A stretch of DNA of 60,536 nt, counting the filler, from Pseudomonadota bacterium (GTDB lineage Bacteria > Pseudomonadota > Alphaproteobacteria > Paracaedibacterales > CAIOTO01): assembly GCA_040387495.1 (NCBI GenBank). It is 4 parts of 4 records of this genome, joined end to end, with 100 filler letters (N's around TTAATTAATTAA, not from the genome) between each part and the next. Parts side by side here need not be neighbours in the genome. Positions count along the whole stretch, not along the records: positions 41,794 to 59,199 come from JAZKDQ010000006.1; 3 more parts are not named here. One strand, 5' to 3'. This document shows positions 43,746 to 53,456 of this stretch, one piece after another (position 1 is the stretch's first letter; each line of letters begins with the position of its first letter). Both the position numbers and the translations under genes were made by a program. Below the pieces are notes generated by a model. It worked only from the letters and a program-made list of their open reading frames with translations, was not told the origin of the DNA and did not search any database.

Positions 43746-44975
43746 ATGAAAATTCTTGATGCACAATTAGCAAAAACATTAAACGGCAAACGCGTTCTTG
43801 TGCGCGTTGATTGGAATGTTCCTTGCCAGGATGGGGCGATAACGGATACAACACGTCTTATCAATACGCGAGAAACGTTGGGGCTATTACGAACCCACGG
43901 TGCGAAGGTCATTATTCTTGCACATTTCGGCAGGCCTACCCTTGCAAAAAAAGCATTCAAAGACCCTAAAGCCACCACTGACTTACGCATTGCTGAAGAT
44001 GCATTTTCGTTTAAGCCTTTACTTGCCGAAATACAAAAGGCACTAGGTTTCATTCTTGATTTTTGTGAAGATCCTTTATCAGCAGAGGGTTTTGATCAGA
44101 TTTATGAAATGCGAAATGGTGAAGTTATGTTGTGCGAGAATATTCGTTTCTTTGGCGCGGAGGAGGAAAATAACAACATGTTTGCAATCGCACTTTCTGC
44201 GTGCGCAGACATATATATAAACGAAGCCTTTTCTTGCAGCCATCGTGCCCATGCATCGGTAGAAGCCATCACTCGCCAATTACCATCATATGCGGGCATT
44301 GCTCTTGCTCGTGAAGTTTCATATCTTAATGACGCCTTTGTGAAACCAAAACGTCCTTTATGGGTTATTGTTGGTGGTTCCAAAGTATCAACAAAAATCG
44401 ATCTATTGTTAAATCTATCACGCCACGTGGACGGGCTGATTATTGCCGGCGCTATGGCAAATACATTTTTCAAAGCAAAAGGCATTAGTGTTGGAAAATC
44501 CTTAGTGGAAGACGATTACATTGAAACTGCACGCGCTATCCTGAACGCCGCAACAGCTGAGATTGTTTTGCCCTATGATCGCCTTGCTGTTGAAGAGCTA
44601 TCTTTTACCGAAAAGATGGATGTCATATCCGTTGATTTTGATAAAGTACCTGATACCCATTCCGTCTTTGATATTGGCGAGAAATCACGCGCATTATTCA
44701 TTGAAAAATTACAAGGTGCCCAAACAATTATTTGGAATGGTCCTGTCGGCATGTTTGAACATGACGCATTTGCGGGTGGCAGCAATGCGATTGCGCGTGC
44801 ACTAGCGGATGCAACACAAAAAGGCGTGCTGACATTAGCTGGCGGCGGCGATACGCTAGCTGCACTTGCCAAAGCTGGGGTTGTGGATAAATTGTCATAC
44901 TGTTCCACAGCGGGCGGAGCATTTTTAGAATGCTTGGAAGGCAAAATATTACCTGGGATTGCAGCACTTGGATAA
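43746..44975 (+). CDS. pgk: Phosphoglycerate kinase
   Basis: VRVDWNVP, HRAHAS, GGSKVSTK, WNGPVG, STAGGA. Confidence 0.97.
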   Translation: MKILDAQLAKTLNGKRVLVRVDWNVPCQDGAITDTTRLINTRETLGLLRTHGAKVIILAHFGRPTLAKKAFKDPKATTDLRIAEDAFSFKPLLAEIQKALGFILDFCEDPLSAEGFDQIYEMRNGEVMLCENIRFFGAEEENNNMFAIALSACADIYINEAFSCSHRAHASVEAITRQLPSYAGIALAREVSYLNDAFVKPKRPLWVIVGGSKVSTKIDLLLNLSRHVDGLIIAGAMANTFFKAKGISVGKSLVEDDYIETARAILNAATAEIVLPYDRLAVEELSFTEKMDVISVDFDKVPDTHSVFDIGEKSRALFIEKLQGAQTIIWNGPVGMFEHDAFAGGSNAIARALADATQKGVLTLAGGGDTLAALAKAGVVDKLSYCSTAGGAFLECLEGKILPGIAALG

Positions 44976-45246
44976 TAATTCTCTTGTGTTCCCTTCATTA
45001 AAAGTCATCAATGAAATATGTTTTAAGAAACAAGGCCGCTTTCTGTTATGCCAAATAAACCAAACGCATCTCAGGCCTTGCAATGAGAAACAAGTTGACT
45101 ACTTAAGAATCAATAGCTATATATCATGGCTGTATGAATGAAAATCATAGTTTACATAATGGGTAAAATTAAAGATTTCACATCTTGAACCATTATTTTT
45201 ATTCAACATTTATTTAAAATTTAGAATCCTTAGATAGGTAGTAATA

Positions 45247-45762
45247 GTGAAAGAAAAGACTATATGGGGCATCATTTTTTTGACCCTTTCTGGCTGTACT
45301 TCAATGCAGACTGAACCACAAAAAAACACCATGGAGCTTATTCCACTAACACCGCAAACAAAATATTTAGTACCAAAAAGTAAAGAGGCACTTGGCAGAC
45401 AAGTTGTGCTTGACCTTTATGATTGTCAAACAACGCATCTTGATGATCTTGCTTGGGTAGAAGCAACAATGCAGGAAGCTGCGCGCCGTGCAAAAGGAAC
45501 AATCGTTAAATCTGTTTTTCATAAATTTTCTCCGTGGGGAATTTCCGGAGTAGTTGTCATTTCAGAGTCGCATCTTGCTATTCATATTTGGCCAGAATAT
45601 CGCTATGCAGCCATTGATATTTTTACATGCAGTGAAGACTTAGGTTTAAAAGCTGCTGCAGATTACTTAATAGAACAGTTTCAAAGTAAAAAACCGATAT
45701 ACGGTGGCCTGATACGTGGCACAAAAGCGCAACAACACAGCGGGTTAGGACTAAAACAATAA
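45247..45762 (+). CDS. speD: Pyruvoyl-dependent AdoMet decarboxylase family (SpeD/SpeH class 1B) proenzyme with lipoprotein-type signal
   Basis: GISGVVVISESHLAIHIWPEYRYAAIDIFTC; N-terminus MKEKTIWGIIFLTLSG-C. Confidence 0.85.
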   Translation: MKEKTIWGIIFLTLSGCTSMQTEPQKNTMELIPLTPQTKYLVPKSKEALGRQVVLDLYDCQTTHLDDLAWVEATMQEAARRAKGTIVKSVFHKFSPWGISGVVVISESHLAIHIWPEYRYAAIDIFTCSEDLGLKAAADYLIEQFQSKKPIYGGLIRGTKAQQHSGLGLKQ

Positions 45763-45772
45763 AAGTGAAATT

Positions 45773-45859
45773 GATAAGTTATTTTATGATCACCGAAAAC
45801 GGAATGTTTGTGCAATGTTTGGAAGGCAAATATTATCTGGGATTGCAGCACTTGCATGA
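45773..45859 (+). repeat. Decayed direct duplicate of pgk 3' end (44886-44975)
   Basis: TGTTTGGAAGGCAAA-TATTATCTGGGATTGCAGCACTTGCATGA versus TGCTTGGAAGGCAAAATATTACCTGGGATTGCAGCACTTGGATAA. Confidence 0.9.
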
Positions 45860-45926
45860 TGTATGTCATTTTAACATAAGCATTCACACAACAATAAGCT
45901 GACACATTAGAACCTGGAAAACAAAA

Positions 45927-46253
45927 ATGACTAATCTTTGTTATGAAACCCGCGCCATTCGCATGCATAGCTTACTAATGAATGCACTCGCTCCAACGCA
46001 TACTTTGCTTGTGGACGAATCTGCACAGCATCGTGGACATAAAGGTGTTGAGGAATTAAAGAATAGTCTCATGCAAGAAGATGACACGCAAAAGCACATC
46101 AGCAATGATCTCTTAGAAACACATTTCGCACTGGAAATTTCAGCAGCTGCACTGAATGATTTATCGCGTGTAAAACAGCATCAGCTAATTTATGATTGTG
46201 TGGCCGAAGAATTTAAGACGGGCCTGCATAGCTTGCGTATAAAAATAGTCTGA
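45927..46253 (+). CDS. bolA: BolA-family protein
   Basis: DESAQHRGH, ETHF, SRVKQHQLIY, GLHSL. Confidence 0.88.
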   Translation: MTNLCYETRAIRMHSLLMNALAPTHTLLVDESAQHRGHKGVEELKNSLMQEDDTQKHISNDLLETHFALEISAAALNDLSRVKQHQLIYDCVAEEFKTGLHSLRIKIV

Positions 46254-46316
46254 CACAAATAAAATGCGCTCTCCTACGGTTCGATCCGTTAGAGAGCTGC
46301 ATAGTATTCTATTTCC

Positions 46317-46766
46317 CTAACGATCGATAATCGACGTCCAGAAATTTTCAAACACGCGTAATGTTTTGCCAAAAGCATCTAAATCAATAGATGTACCCAA
46401 TTGCTTTGAAAACAATTGTGTTTGCTTTGCCAACGCCTGATCGATCTTTCCATAGAGCTCAGTGCCCTTTGGTGTCAATTTCACATGGCTTGATCTACGG
46501 TCATGCGCTGAAGGAACCTGATTCACATATCCATTTTTTACCATCTTACGAAGGTTATAAGACACGTTTGAACCAAGATAATATCCACGATTGGTTAACT
46601 CGCCAACAGTTAGTTGACTATTTTTACCAATATTGTATAAGATTAACGCTTGTACGTTTGTTATATCAAGCTTTTCTTGTCGATCAAGTTCACCTTTAAC
46701 AACCTCCAAAAATAGACGATGTAAACGTTCAATCATTACAACAACATCAAAATAGGATTCTTTCAT
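46317..46766 (-). CDS. ldtR: MarR-family regulator, LdtR-like
   Basis: IERLHR, QALILYNIG, RGYYLGSNVSYNL, DRRS. Confidence 0.8.
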   Translation of the reverse strand: MKESYFDVVVMIERLHRLFLEVVKGELDRQEKLDITNVQALILYNIGKNSQLTVGELTNRGYYLGSNVSYNLRKMVKNGYVNQVPSAHDRRSSHVKLTPKGTELYGKIDQALAKQTQLFSKQLGTSIDLDAFGKTLRVFENFWTSIIDR

Positions 46767-47000
46767 TATTACCTCTCTTTTTTAAATTCTTGGTTTTTTC
46801 TAAAAAACCGAGTTGGTTAATTCTAATTAAGTCAAAAACTTAAATAACAACTCTAATAGTTTATTTAGGTATTATTTTTTATTTTTCAAGTGTTTTACCC
46901 TTATTTTTATGAAAAAAAATGTTTTTTCTTCCAAATCGCTTACAAAATCAAGCATTACGCGGTATAATATCTTAAATATGCCATAAAACCAATAAAAAGA

Positions 47001-47687
47001 ATGTTTAATTTTGAGAAAAATATCTTACACCGAGATGCTTTAATCTTGGTGATCGACAAACCAGCGGGCGTTGCTGTGCATCGCGGCATGGGAAAAGGAC
47101 CTAATTTAGAGGATACCTTGAAAGAGTTAGCCTTTGGTTTGCCGAACCCTCCTCAGCTCGCACATCGGCTTGATGCTGGCACAAGTGGATGCCTTATACT
47201 AGGACGTCACAGAGTTGCACTCAAGCATCTGGGGCATTTATTTACAACAAACCAAATTAAGAAAACCTATTGGGCTATTGTCGTTGGTTCTCCCGCAGAA
47301 GATGAAGGGGTGATTAATTTTCCACTCGCCAAGCAAAGTGCGGACAAACGCAGCTGGTGGATGAAAGTTGATTCTGAGGGACAAGAAGCAATAACAGAAT
47401 ACCGCGTACTAAGCCGTGGTGATTTTGGCATGACCCTGATTGAGCTCTCTCCCATCACAGGGCGCACCCACCAGTTACGTGTACACTGCCAAGCTATGGG
47501 ATTCTCGATTCTAGGTGACGCAATCTATGGAACACGAGATGCTTTGGATCCACCTTATTTGCATCTTCACGCGCGCGCTGTTACAATCCCGTACCACCAA
47601 AAAAAGCCAGCAATTCATGTGATCGCGCCATTGCCTGCACATATAATAGAAACATGCATCGAGTATAATATCGCGTATGAAGAATAA
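47001..47687 (+). CDS. RluA-family pseudouridine synthase
   Basis: DKPAG, HRLDAGTSG, TGRTHQLRVH. Confidence 0.92.
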   Translation: MFNFEKNILHRDALILVIDKPAGVAVHRGMGKGPNLEDTLKELAFGLPNPPQLAHRLDAGTSGCLILGRHRVALKHLGHLFTTNQIKKTYWAIVVGSPAEDEGVINFPLAKQSADKRSWWMKVDSEGQEAITEYRVLSRGDFGMTLIELSPITGRTHQLRVHCQAMGFSILGDAIYGTRDALDPPYLHLHARAVTIPYHQKKPAIHVIAPLPAHIIETCIEYNIAYEE

Positions 47688-48513
47688 TGAGACATTAGAC
47701 AATGCACTCGCGCTAATCGCAGGCCAAGGTGAGCTGCCGCATAAAATCATTAATGCACAAAAAGACAAACGTACTATTATCGTTGTTGCGTTCGAAGGAC
47801 AAACACCTATAGAACTAACACAAAGTTTACCGCCTGAAATTCCTGTGCTATGGGTAAAATTAGGCATTATCGCCCCAGTTCTTGATTTCCTTAAACAATG
47901 GCATATAACACATGTAACGATGGCAGGTGGATTAACACGGCCAAAATTTCGTGACTTATCAATGGATCGTACAGGCCTCCGCTGGTTGAAAGCCCTTGGG
48001 GCAAGCGCCTTTAAAGGTGATGATCATTTGTTGGGTGGCCTCGTATCACTACTTGAAAAAGAGGGGCTTTGTATTATCCCGCCTCATGACTTAGTCGAAA
48101 ACCTATTTACCTCAGCTGGCGTGCTAACGATGCATGCACCAACACCTGACGATCAAAATGACATTAGCCACGCTATTACTATATTAAACGCACTATCTCC
48201 TTATGACGTAGGGCAAGCTATCGCTGTGCATGATGGGTGCGTACTGGGAATTGAGACAATTGAGGGGACAGCGGCTCTGCTGGGCAATATACGAGCACTT
48301 GGTCGCGCACCTGGCGGCGTATTTGTTAAGATGCGCAAAATCGGCCAAAACCAAAAAGTTGACATGCCCACTATTGGAGTTGACACAATCCGCCAAGTGT
48401 GTGATGCGAGCTTATCGGGCATAGCCATCGAAGCAGGCGGCGTGCAAGTGCTTGATTTGATTGATGTGATTCGCTTAGCGGACGAGGCCGGGCTGTTTTT
48501 GGTGTCATTTTAA
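47677..48513 (+). CDS. lpxI: UDP-2,3-diacylglucosamine hydrolase LpxI
   Basis: IAGQGELP, GDDHLL, DVGQA, EGT, DMPTIG. Confidence 0.88.
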   Translation: MKNNETLDNALALIAGQGELPHKIINAQKDKRTIIVVAFEGQTPIELTQSLPPEIPVLWVKLGIIAPVLDFLKQWHITHVTMAGGLTRPKFRDLSMDRTGLRWLKALGASAFKGDDHLLGGLVSLLEKEGLCIIPPHDLVENLFTSAGVLTMHAPTPDDQNDISHAITILNALSPYDVGQAIAVHDGCVLGIETIEGTAALLGNIRALGRAPGGVFVKMRKIGQNQKVDMPTIGVDTIRQVCDASLSGIAIEAGGVQVLDLIDVIRLADEAGLFLVSF

Positions 48514-48659
48514 GTGAACCACATATTTAATGTACGGACCAGTTAAAGTACAAAGAGTTTAACTGAAACATCTTTTAAGAATTAAAATCGTTTTTGTTGA
48601 AGCAAAAGAATCAGAATTTTACTAATTCGCAAATAAGTTTGCACATGACACCATTTATC

Positions 48660-48675
48660 GTTAACATATAATTAA
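48660..48675. promoter_or_regulatory. CtrA-type box
   Basis: GTTAA-CATATAA-TTAA (TTAA-N7-TTAAC on minus strand) upstream of OPT gene. Confidence 0.5.
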
Positions 48676-48846
48676 TTAATTGCTCTATTTTTAAATATAA
48701 TTAATAGAAATATGAGCAATTATTTAAGGTATAATGCCAACGCATCGTTTACCAAATACCAATGATCCAACACCTCTCAGTATTGGATACTCAACAAAAT
48801 CATCAATTTCGTACATGGAATTGGTGCTAGCGAATAGGAGGTTTAT

Positions 48847-50865
48847 ATGGCCACATCGGTCAATACAGTTTACAAGGAGCCAATTGAAGCACCTGAACTG
48901 GTTAAGAAAGAAGGCATTCTACCAGAAATCACGCTTAAGGCCGTCTTGCTTGGTTTTGTCTTAGCAATGGTGTTGTGTGCATCAAACACATATGTAGCTC
49001 TCAAAGTCGGCAGAACGATTTCCGGCTCTATTCCTGCAGCAGTTCTATCCATATTGTTTTTAAGCTTTTGGAAGAAGACAAGCATTCTCGAACACAACAT
49101 CGTACAAACAACAGCATCTGCAGGTGAAGTTGTCAGTGCAGGTATCACATTTACCATTCCAGCACTTGTCATGATTGGTTTTTGGGATCACTTTAATTAT
49201 TTTGAAGTACTGTCCGTTGCCGTTGTTGGTGGCTTTCTAGGCGTTGCCTTTTCCGTACCTCTTCGTCGCAGCATGATCATAGAGCAAAAATTACCTTATC
49301 CAGAGGGTATTGCAACAGCTGCTGTATTAAGATCAGCCGAAACATCAAACAGCGGTAAAGTGCTTATTTCAGGCGGTGCTTTTGCAGCGCTTATTAGCTT
49401 TTTCCAAGATGGTGCAAAATGGCTCACATCAGAAGTCCAAGCATGGACGAAGCTTGGGTCTGTTCCTTTTGGAAGTGGCCTTGAACTATCACCTGTTCTT
49501 ATTGGAGCCGGCTATATCGTCGGACTTCGCGTTTCCATATCTATGTTTGTTGGCACTGTAATCACATGGGGCATTGGTGTTCCTGTATACGCAATGATCT
49601 ATGGCGCACCTGAAGCCGACGCACAAGTAGCAGCGTTTGCTATTTGGAAAAAAGTTAAGATGATGGGCATAGGCGCTATGATTGTTGGCGGTTTGTGGGG
49701 AATGATCTCTCTTTCAAAAATCATGATGGATGCTATTCGTTCATCCATTGACACCTTCAAGGGCAAAACTGTTGATATGTCAACTCTTCCTAGAGTCGAA
49801 CGTGACATACCAATGAACTATGTTGGCGTAATGACACTTGTCTTAGCTGTTCCACTTTTGATCATGTTTTACAACACACTTACTGTACCGCTTGGTTTGT
49901 CATTTGGTCACGGTCTTCTGGTGACAGTTGCGGCTGTCGTGGCATCACTCACAATTGCATTTGGATGTGCGGCGGTTGCTTCGTATTTAACGGGCATCGT
50001 CGGTTCAACGCTACTTCCAGTATCAGGCATTACGATTTCAGGCATCTTATTGTTTGGCGGCATGTTGTTTGCAGTTCTTATGGGGCACGTTGACTTCTCG
50101 GTGAATTCCACACACGCTGCATCTGTTGCCGGTGCAACAATCTTATTTGCTTCAATCGTTGCGCTTGCTGCATCGCTTAGCTGTGACAACATGCAAGACC
50201 TTAAAGCAGGTTCAATGGTTGGTGCTACACCATGGAAACAGCAGCTCATGTTGCTTGTTGGCGTTGTTGGCGGCGCGGTTGTGGTAGGCCCAGTGCTCGA
50301 GTTGTTGTTCCAAGCATATGGCTTTGGTGATGTTATACCACGTGCGGGTATGGATATGGCGCAAACATTAAAAGCACCACAAGCAACCATGATGGCGACA
50401 ATGACGCAAGGTCTTTTTGCAGGCGGCATTGATTGGACAATGATTATGATTGGTGCTGCAATAGGCATTGCAGTCATTGTTATTGACACATCATTTAAAG
50501 CACAGGGCAGCAAAAACTCACTACCAGTATTGGCTGTTGCCTTTGGTATGTATATGCCAGCTCCAGCCATTCTAACGTTTGTGCTTGGCGGTATTTTAGC
50601 GCATTACACAACTAAAAAACGTGAATCACTCCCCAAGGTGCAACAAGCAGCATCTGAACAAAAAGGTATTCTGTATGCATCGGGTGTAATTGCCGGCACG
50701 GCTGTTATGGGCGTCTTGATTGCAATTCCTTTGTCACAAGGTTATCAGATGAGTGAACATTTGTTTACGGCATTGCCAAAAATGGTTGTTGAATTCGCAG
50801 GTATTGGTATCTTTAGTTGGTTAATGTATCGAATGTATCAATCTGGATCAGAACGGATTGCGTAA
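48847..50865 (+). CDS. OPT-family oligopeptide transporter
   Basis: NIVQTTASAG, LPYPEG, DNMQDLKAG...GATPWKQQ, APQAT. Confidence 0.93.
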   Translation: MATSVNTVYKEPIEAPELVKKEGILPEITLKAVLLGFVLAMVLCASNTYVALKVGRTISGSIPAAVLSILFLSFWKKTSILEHNIVQTTASAGEVVSAGITFTIPALVMIGFWDHFNYFEVLSVAVVGGFLGVAFSVPLRRSMIIEQKLPYPEGIATAAVLRSAETSNSGKVLISGGAFAALISFFQDGAKWLTSEVQAWTKLGSVPFGSGLELSPVLIGAGYIVGLRVSISMFVGTVITWGIGVPVYAMIYGAPEADAQVAAFAIWKKVKMMGIGAMIVGGLWGMISLSKIMMDAIRSSIDTFKGKTVDMSTLPRVERDIPMNYVGVMTLVLAVPLLIMFYNTLTVPLGLSFGHGLLVTVAAVVASLTIAFGCAAVASYLTGIVGSTLLPVSGITISGILLFGGMLFAVLMGHVDFSVNSTHAASVAGATILFASIVALAASLSCDNMQDLKAGSMVGATPWKQQLMLLVGVVGGAVVVGPVLELLFQAYGFGDVIPRAGMDMAQTLKAPQATMMATMTQGLFAGGIDWTMIMIGAAIGIAVIVIDTSFKAQGSKNSLPVLAVAFGMYMPAPAILTFVLGGILAHYTTKKRESLPKVQQAASEQKGILYASGVIAGTAVMGVLIAIPLSQGYQMSEHLFTALPKMVVEFAGIGIFSWLMYRMYQSGSERIA

Positions 50866-50887
50866 TCCAGCAAAACATATACATTTT

Positions 50888-50916
50888 AAAACCCGGTTTG
50901 TCGCCGGGTTTTTTTA
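50888..50916 (+). terminator. Intrinsic terminator (bidirectional)
   Basis: AAAACCCGG-TTTGTCG-CCGGGTTTTTTT. Confidence 0.8.
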
Positions 50917-50924
50917 TGCTTGAA

Positions 50925-51875
50925 TCAATCCCACTTCTCAGCAATTGCTTGCCACACCATTTCAGGCGTTAATCCATCCATATAACACACCTGATTTTTA
51001 TGCGAGAATCCAGGCGTATTGGCAAGCTCATCATAACTTTGTGGAATACGAAGCACCGTATGACCAGCACCAGTTGCTGGATACGGCCCATAAATTGCAT
51101 CACGGGAAGGGCCAAAAAGTCCTATCACAGGCATATCAAGCGCGTAACTCATGTGCATTAAACCAGAATCATTCCCAAGAAACACTGAACCATGCGACAT
51201 CAATGCAGCCATATCAATAAGTGACAAGGTATGATGCTTTGCCAAATCAGTACTAAATGTTATGCATGATGATGGCAGGTCACGGAGCGGATGCAGTTGA
51301 GCGTCCTCTGATGGTGCTGCAATCACAAGCACATGCGCGTCCCTATATATTTCACAAAAGCGTACAATCGTCGCACGGAAATGTTCCATTGGCCATTGCT
51401 TACCAATCCAATTCGCGACCGGCGCTACGACGAGCAATGGTGCATCTGGCAAAAGGGCAGCCATGCGTGCTTTGCGTTCCGTTGACAGCATAACCCTCGG
51501 TTGTGAGGGTGCTAATCCTGCAATTGCAGCTACCTGCGCCACTTTATGGCGTTGATCGTTTGGTATCTTTCCCCATATATACCGTTTTTTTGTACGCAGA
51601 GCATAGCTGATAACTGAGCCCCTGGTGTCAGCCACCCAATCCCACGATTGCGCCACAGCACGTCGCCATAAGCAAAACCAATGCATCGATGCTTTTTTCT
51701 TAGGAAAAGGGATAATCTCATCGCATGCTGGGTCATCTTGAAACAGTGATGCAACAAGTGGATCTGCCGCCACCACGTAACGCATATCAGGTGATTGGAC
51801 ACGAAGCCCCTCTAACAGGGACAGTGTCATGACAGCGTCGCCAATGCGACTGGATGTGATAAAAAGGCCGGGCAT
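50925..51875 (-). CDS. Glycosyltransferase family 9 (heptosyltransferase-like)
   Basis: SSRIGDAV, KQWP, GNDSGLMH, GLFGPS. Confidence 0.88.
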   Translation of the reverse strand: MPGLFITSSRIGDAVMTLSLLEGLRVQSPDMRYVVAADPLVASLFQDDPACDEIIPFPKKKASMHWFCLWRRAVAQSWDWVADTRGSVISYALRTKKRYIWGKIPNDQRHKVAQVAAIAGLAPSQPRVMLSTERKARMAALLPDAPLLVVAPVANWIGKQWPMEHFRATIVRFCEIYRDAHVLVIAAPSEDAQLHPLRDLPSSCITFSTDLAKHHTLSLIDMAALMSHGSVFLGNDSGLMHMSYALDMPVIGLFGPSRDAIYGPYPATGAGHTVLRIPQSYDELANTPGFSHKNQVCYMDGLTPEMVWQAIAEKWD

Positions 51876-51999
51876 AGGATAATATGATATGCTGATAAAA
51901 AGATTGACCCCCACACTATCAAGAACGATTCATGATTGGTAGTAAAAATGTAAGGCAGCTCGTATTGAGCCACCTGTAAAGCTTTAAAACAAATTGAAT

Positions 52000-53211
52000 T
52001 TAGTTTAAACGTGCAATGATGCCAACTTGATTAATGATGCTAGGCTGGTGATCAACTTCAGTTATAAGATCTTTGTCTTCCATAGCTGTAATCGTATGTC
52101 CATCTCTGTCAATTCCGAATGTTTTTTGAATTACGAATCCCTGCTCTTTAAAAATATCAGCAAGAGCAGCTGGCATAAGCGCACGTAACACATTCTGAAC
52201 AACGCGAACTTCACCAGAATTAACTGTTTTAAGCCTCTCTGTATGATTCTTTATTACAGCACTCAGCTCATGTTGGAGACTGATAGAAAGTTTTTTGATT
52301 TCTGTTGCATTTGAAAGCCACGTGCTTCTTTCTTTATTTTCTTTTTTATAGACAGAAAAAACCTTGAATTCAAGTGGGTCCAAATCTTCCTCACACAAAG
52401 AAGTGTTCGAATGCAAAGTTGAGGGAATTCTCTCTCCAGGAATGTCAAGCGCATACGTAGCTACAGAAAAACGTGTCTGATGTGGATTCTGAATTAAAGT
52501 GTTGCCTAATTCACCTTTCAACATATTGGGCCTAATACAATTTGTAGTAAATATGATTTGTCCTCCTGGCGCTAAAACGTTTGTCAGCATTTCGAAAAAA
52601 CGTGGACGATCTGCATCTTTTAAAAAGTGGAACACATTACGACAAAGAACAATCTGGCAGCGCCCTTGAAGCTCGGGTTTTAATGTCAATAAATCAAGAC
52701 AATTACCAAGAATTGATTCAAGTTTATCTTTAATTATTTGAGGAGCGTTTCTTTTATGTTGTTCAAATATATCAACTTCTTCTCTGGTAATATCATTAAC
52801 ATACACACGTTCTGCACCCGCAAGAGCCAACATGATGCTACTTTCACCTGAAGCCCCGCCAATTTCTAAAACACTTTTTCCTCTTACAGTAGACATTAAG
52901 TACGTAAGAATTTCAGGATTTAATGGAAACACATAACCATACTTATTACTGTTACCAACAGGTCGCTGAGTAAAACAGTTGCTAATAATACTTTCAACAT
53001 ATCTTAAACTAGCTGGATCATTTTTTAATTCGCCCATATAAGGTCTTATGAAGCGAGTATCATCAATATTTACACGAGGTGGTAATGTAAAAGTAGCAGC
53101 ATCGAGTTCCTGGTCTGTTGCAGAAACTGATTGAATGAGAAACCCCATACCTAGACATGCAGAGAAAAAAATGTGAATGTATTTTTTTAATTTAAAACAT
53201 ATTATATTCAT
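52000..53211 (-). CDS. Secreted class I SAM-dependent methyltransferase-like protein
   Basis: Signal peptide ending VSA; VLEIGGASG, VNDI, RNVFHFL, LAPGGQI. Confidence 0.78.
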   Translation of the reverse strand: MNIICFKLKKYIHIFFSACLGMGFLIQSVSATDQELDAATFTLPPRVNIDDTRFIRPYMGELKNDPASLRYVESIISNCFTQRPVGNSNKYGYVFPLNPEILTYLMSTVRGKSVLEIGGASGESSIMLALAGAERVYVNDITREEVDIFEQHKRNAPQIIKDKLESILGNCLDLLTLKPELQGRCQIVLCRNVFHFLKDADRPRFFEMLTNVLAPGGQIIFTTNCIRPNMLKGELGNTLIQNPHQTRFSVATYALDIPGERIPSTLHSNTSLCEEDLDPLEFKVFSVYKKENKERSTWLSNATEIKKLSISLQHELSAVIKNHTERLKTVNSGEVRVVQNVLRALMPAALADIFKEQGFVIQKTFGIDRDGHTITAMEDKDLITEVDHQPSIINQVGIIARLN

Positions 53212-53456
53212 TTATAATTCACTCAATTTATTGTTATGTTTTTTTATAAACAAACATATTTATTTTGTCAATATAAAAAAATTAATTCATCGAATTTTTT
53301 TATAAATACTCTCTAATTGTTCATTCTTGCGCTTGCAGGTGATCAATAGGATTCAATAACACAGGTAAAAATATAACAATAATAATATTGTCTATTGATA
53401 CTTCACAAACCAACACACATATTAAAAACAGATACTTATTTTTGATTGTAGATCGT

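Noticed and set aside
46817..46830. CtrA boxes upstream of the ldtR-like gene (also at 14666 and 33966)
   Set aside because: Spacers are N6, N8 and N5/N9, not N7
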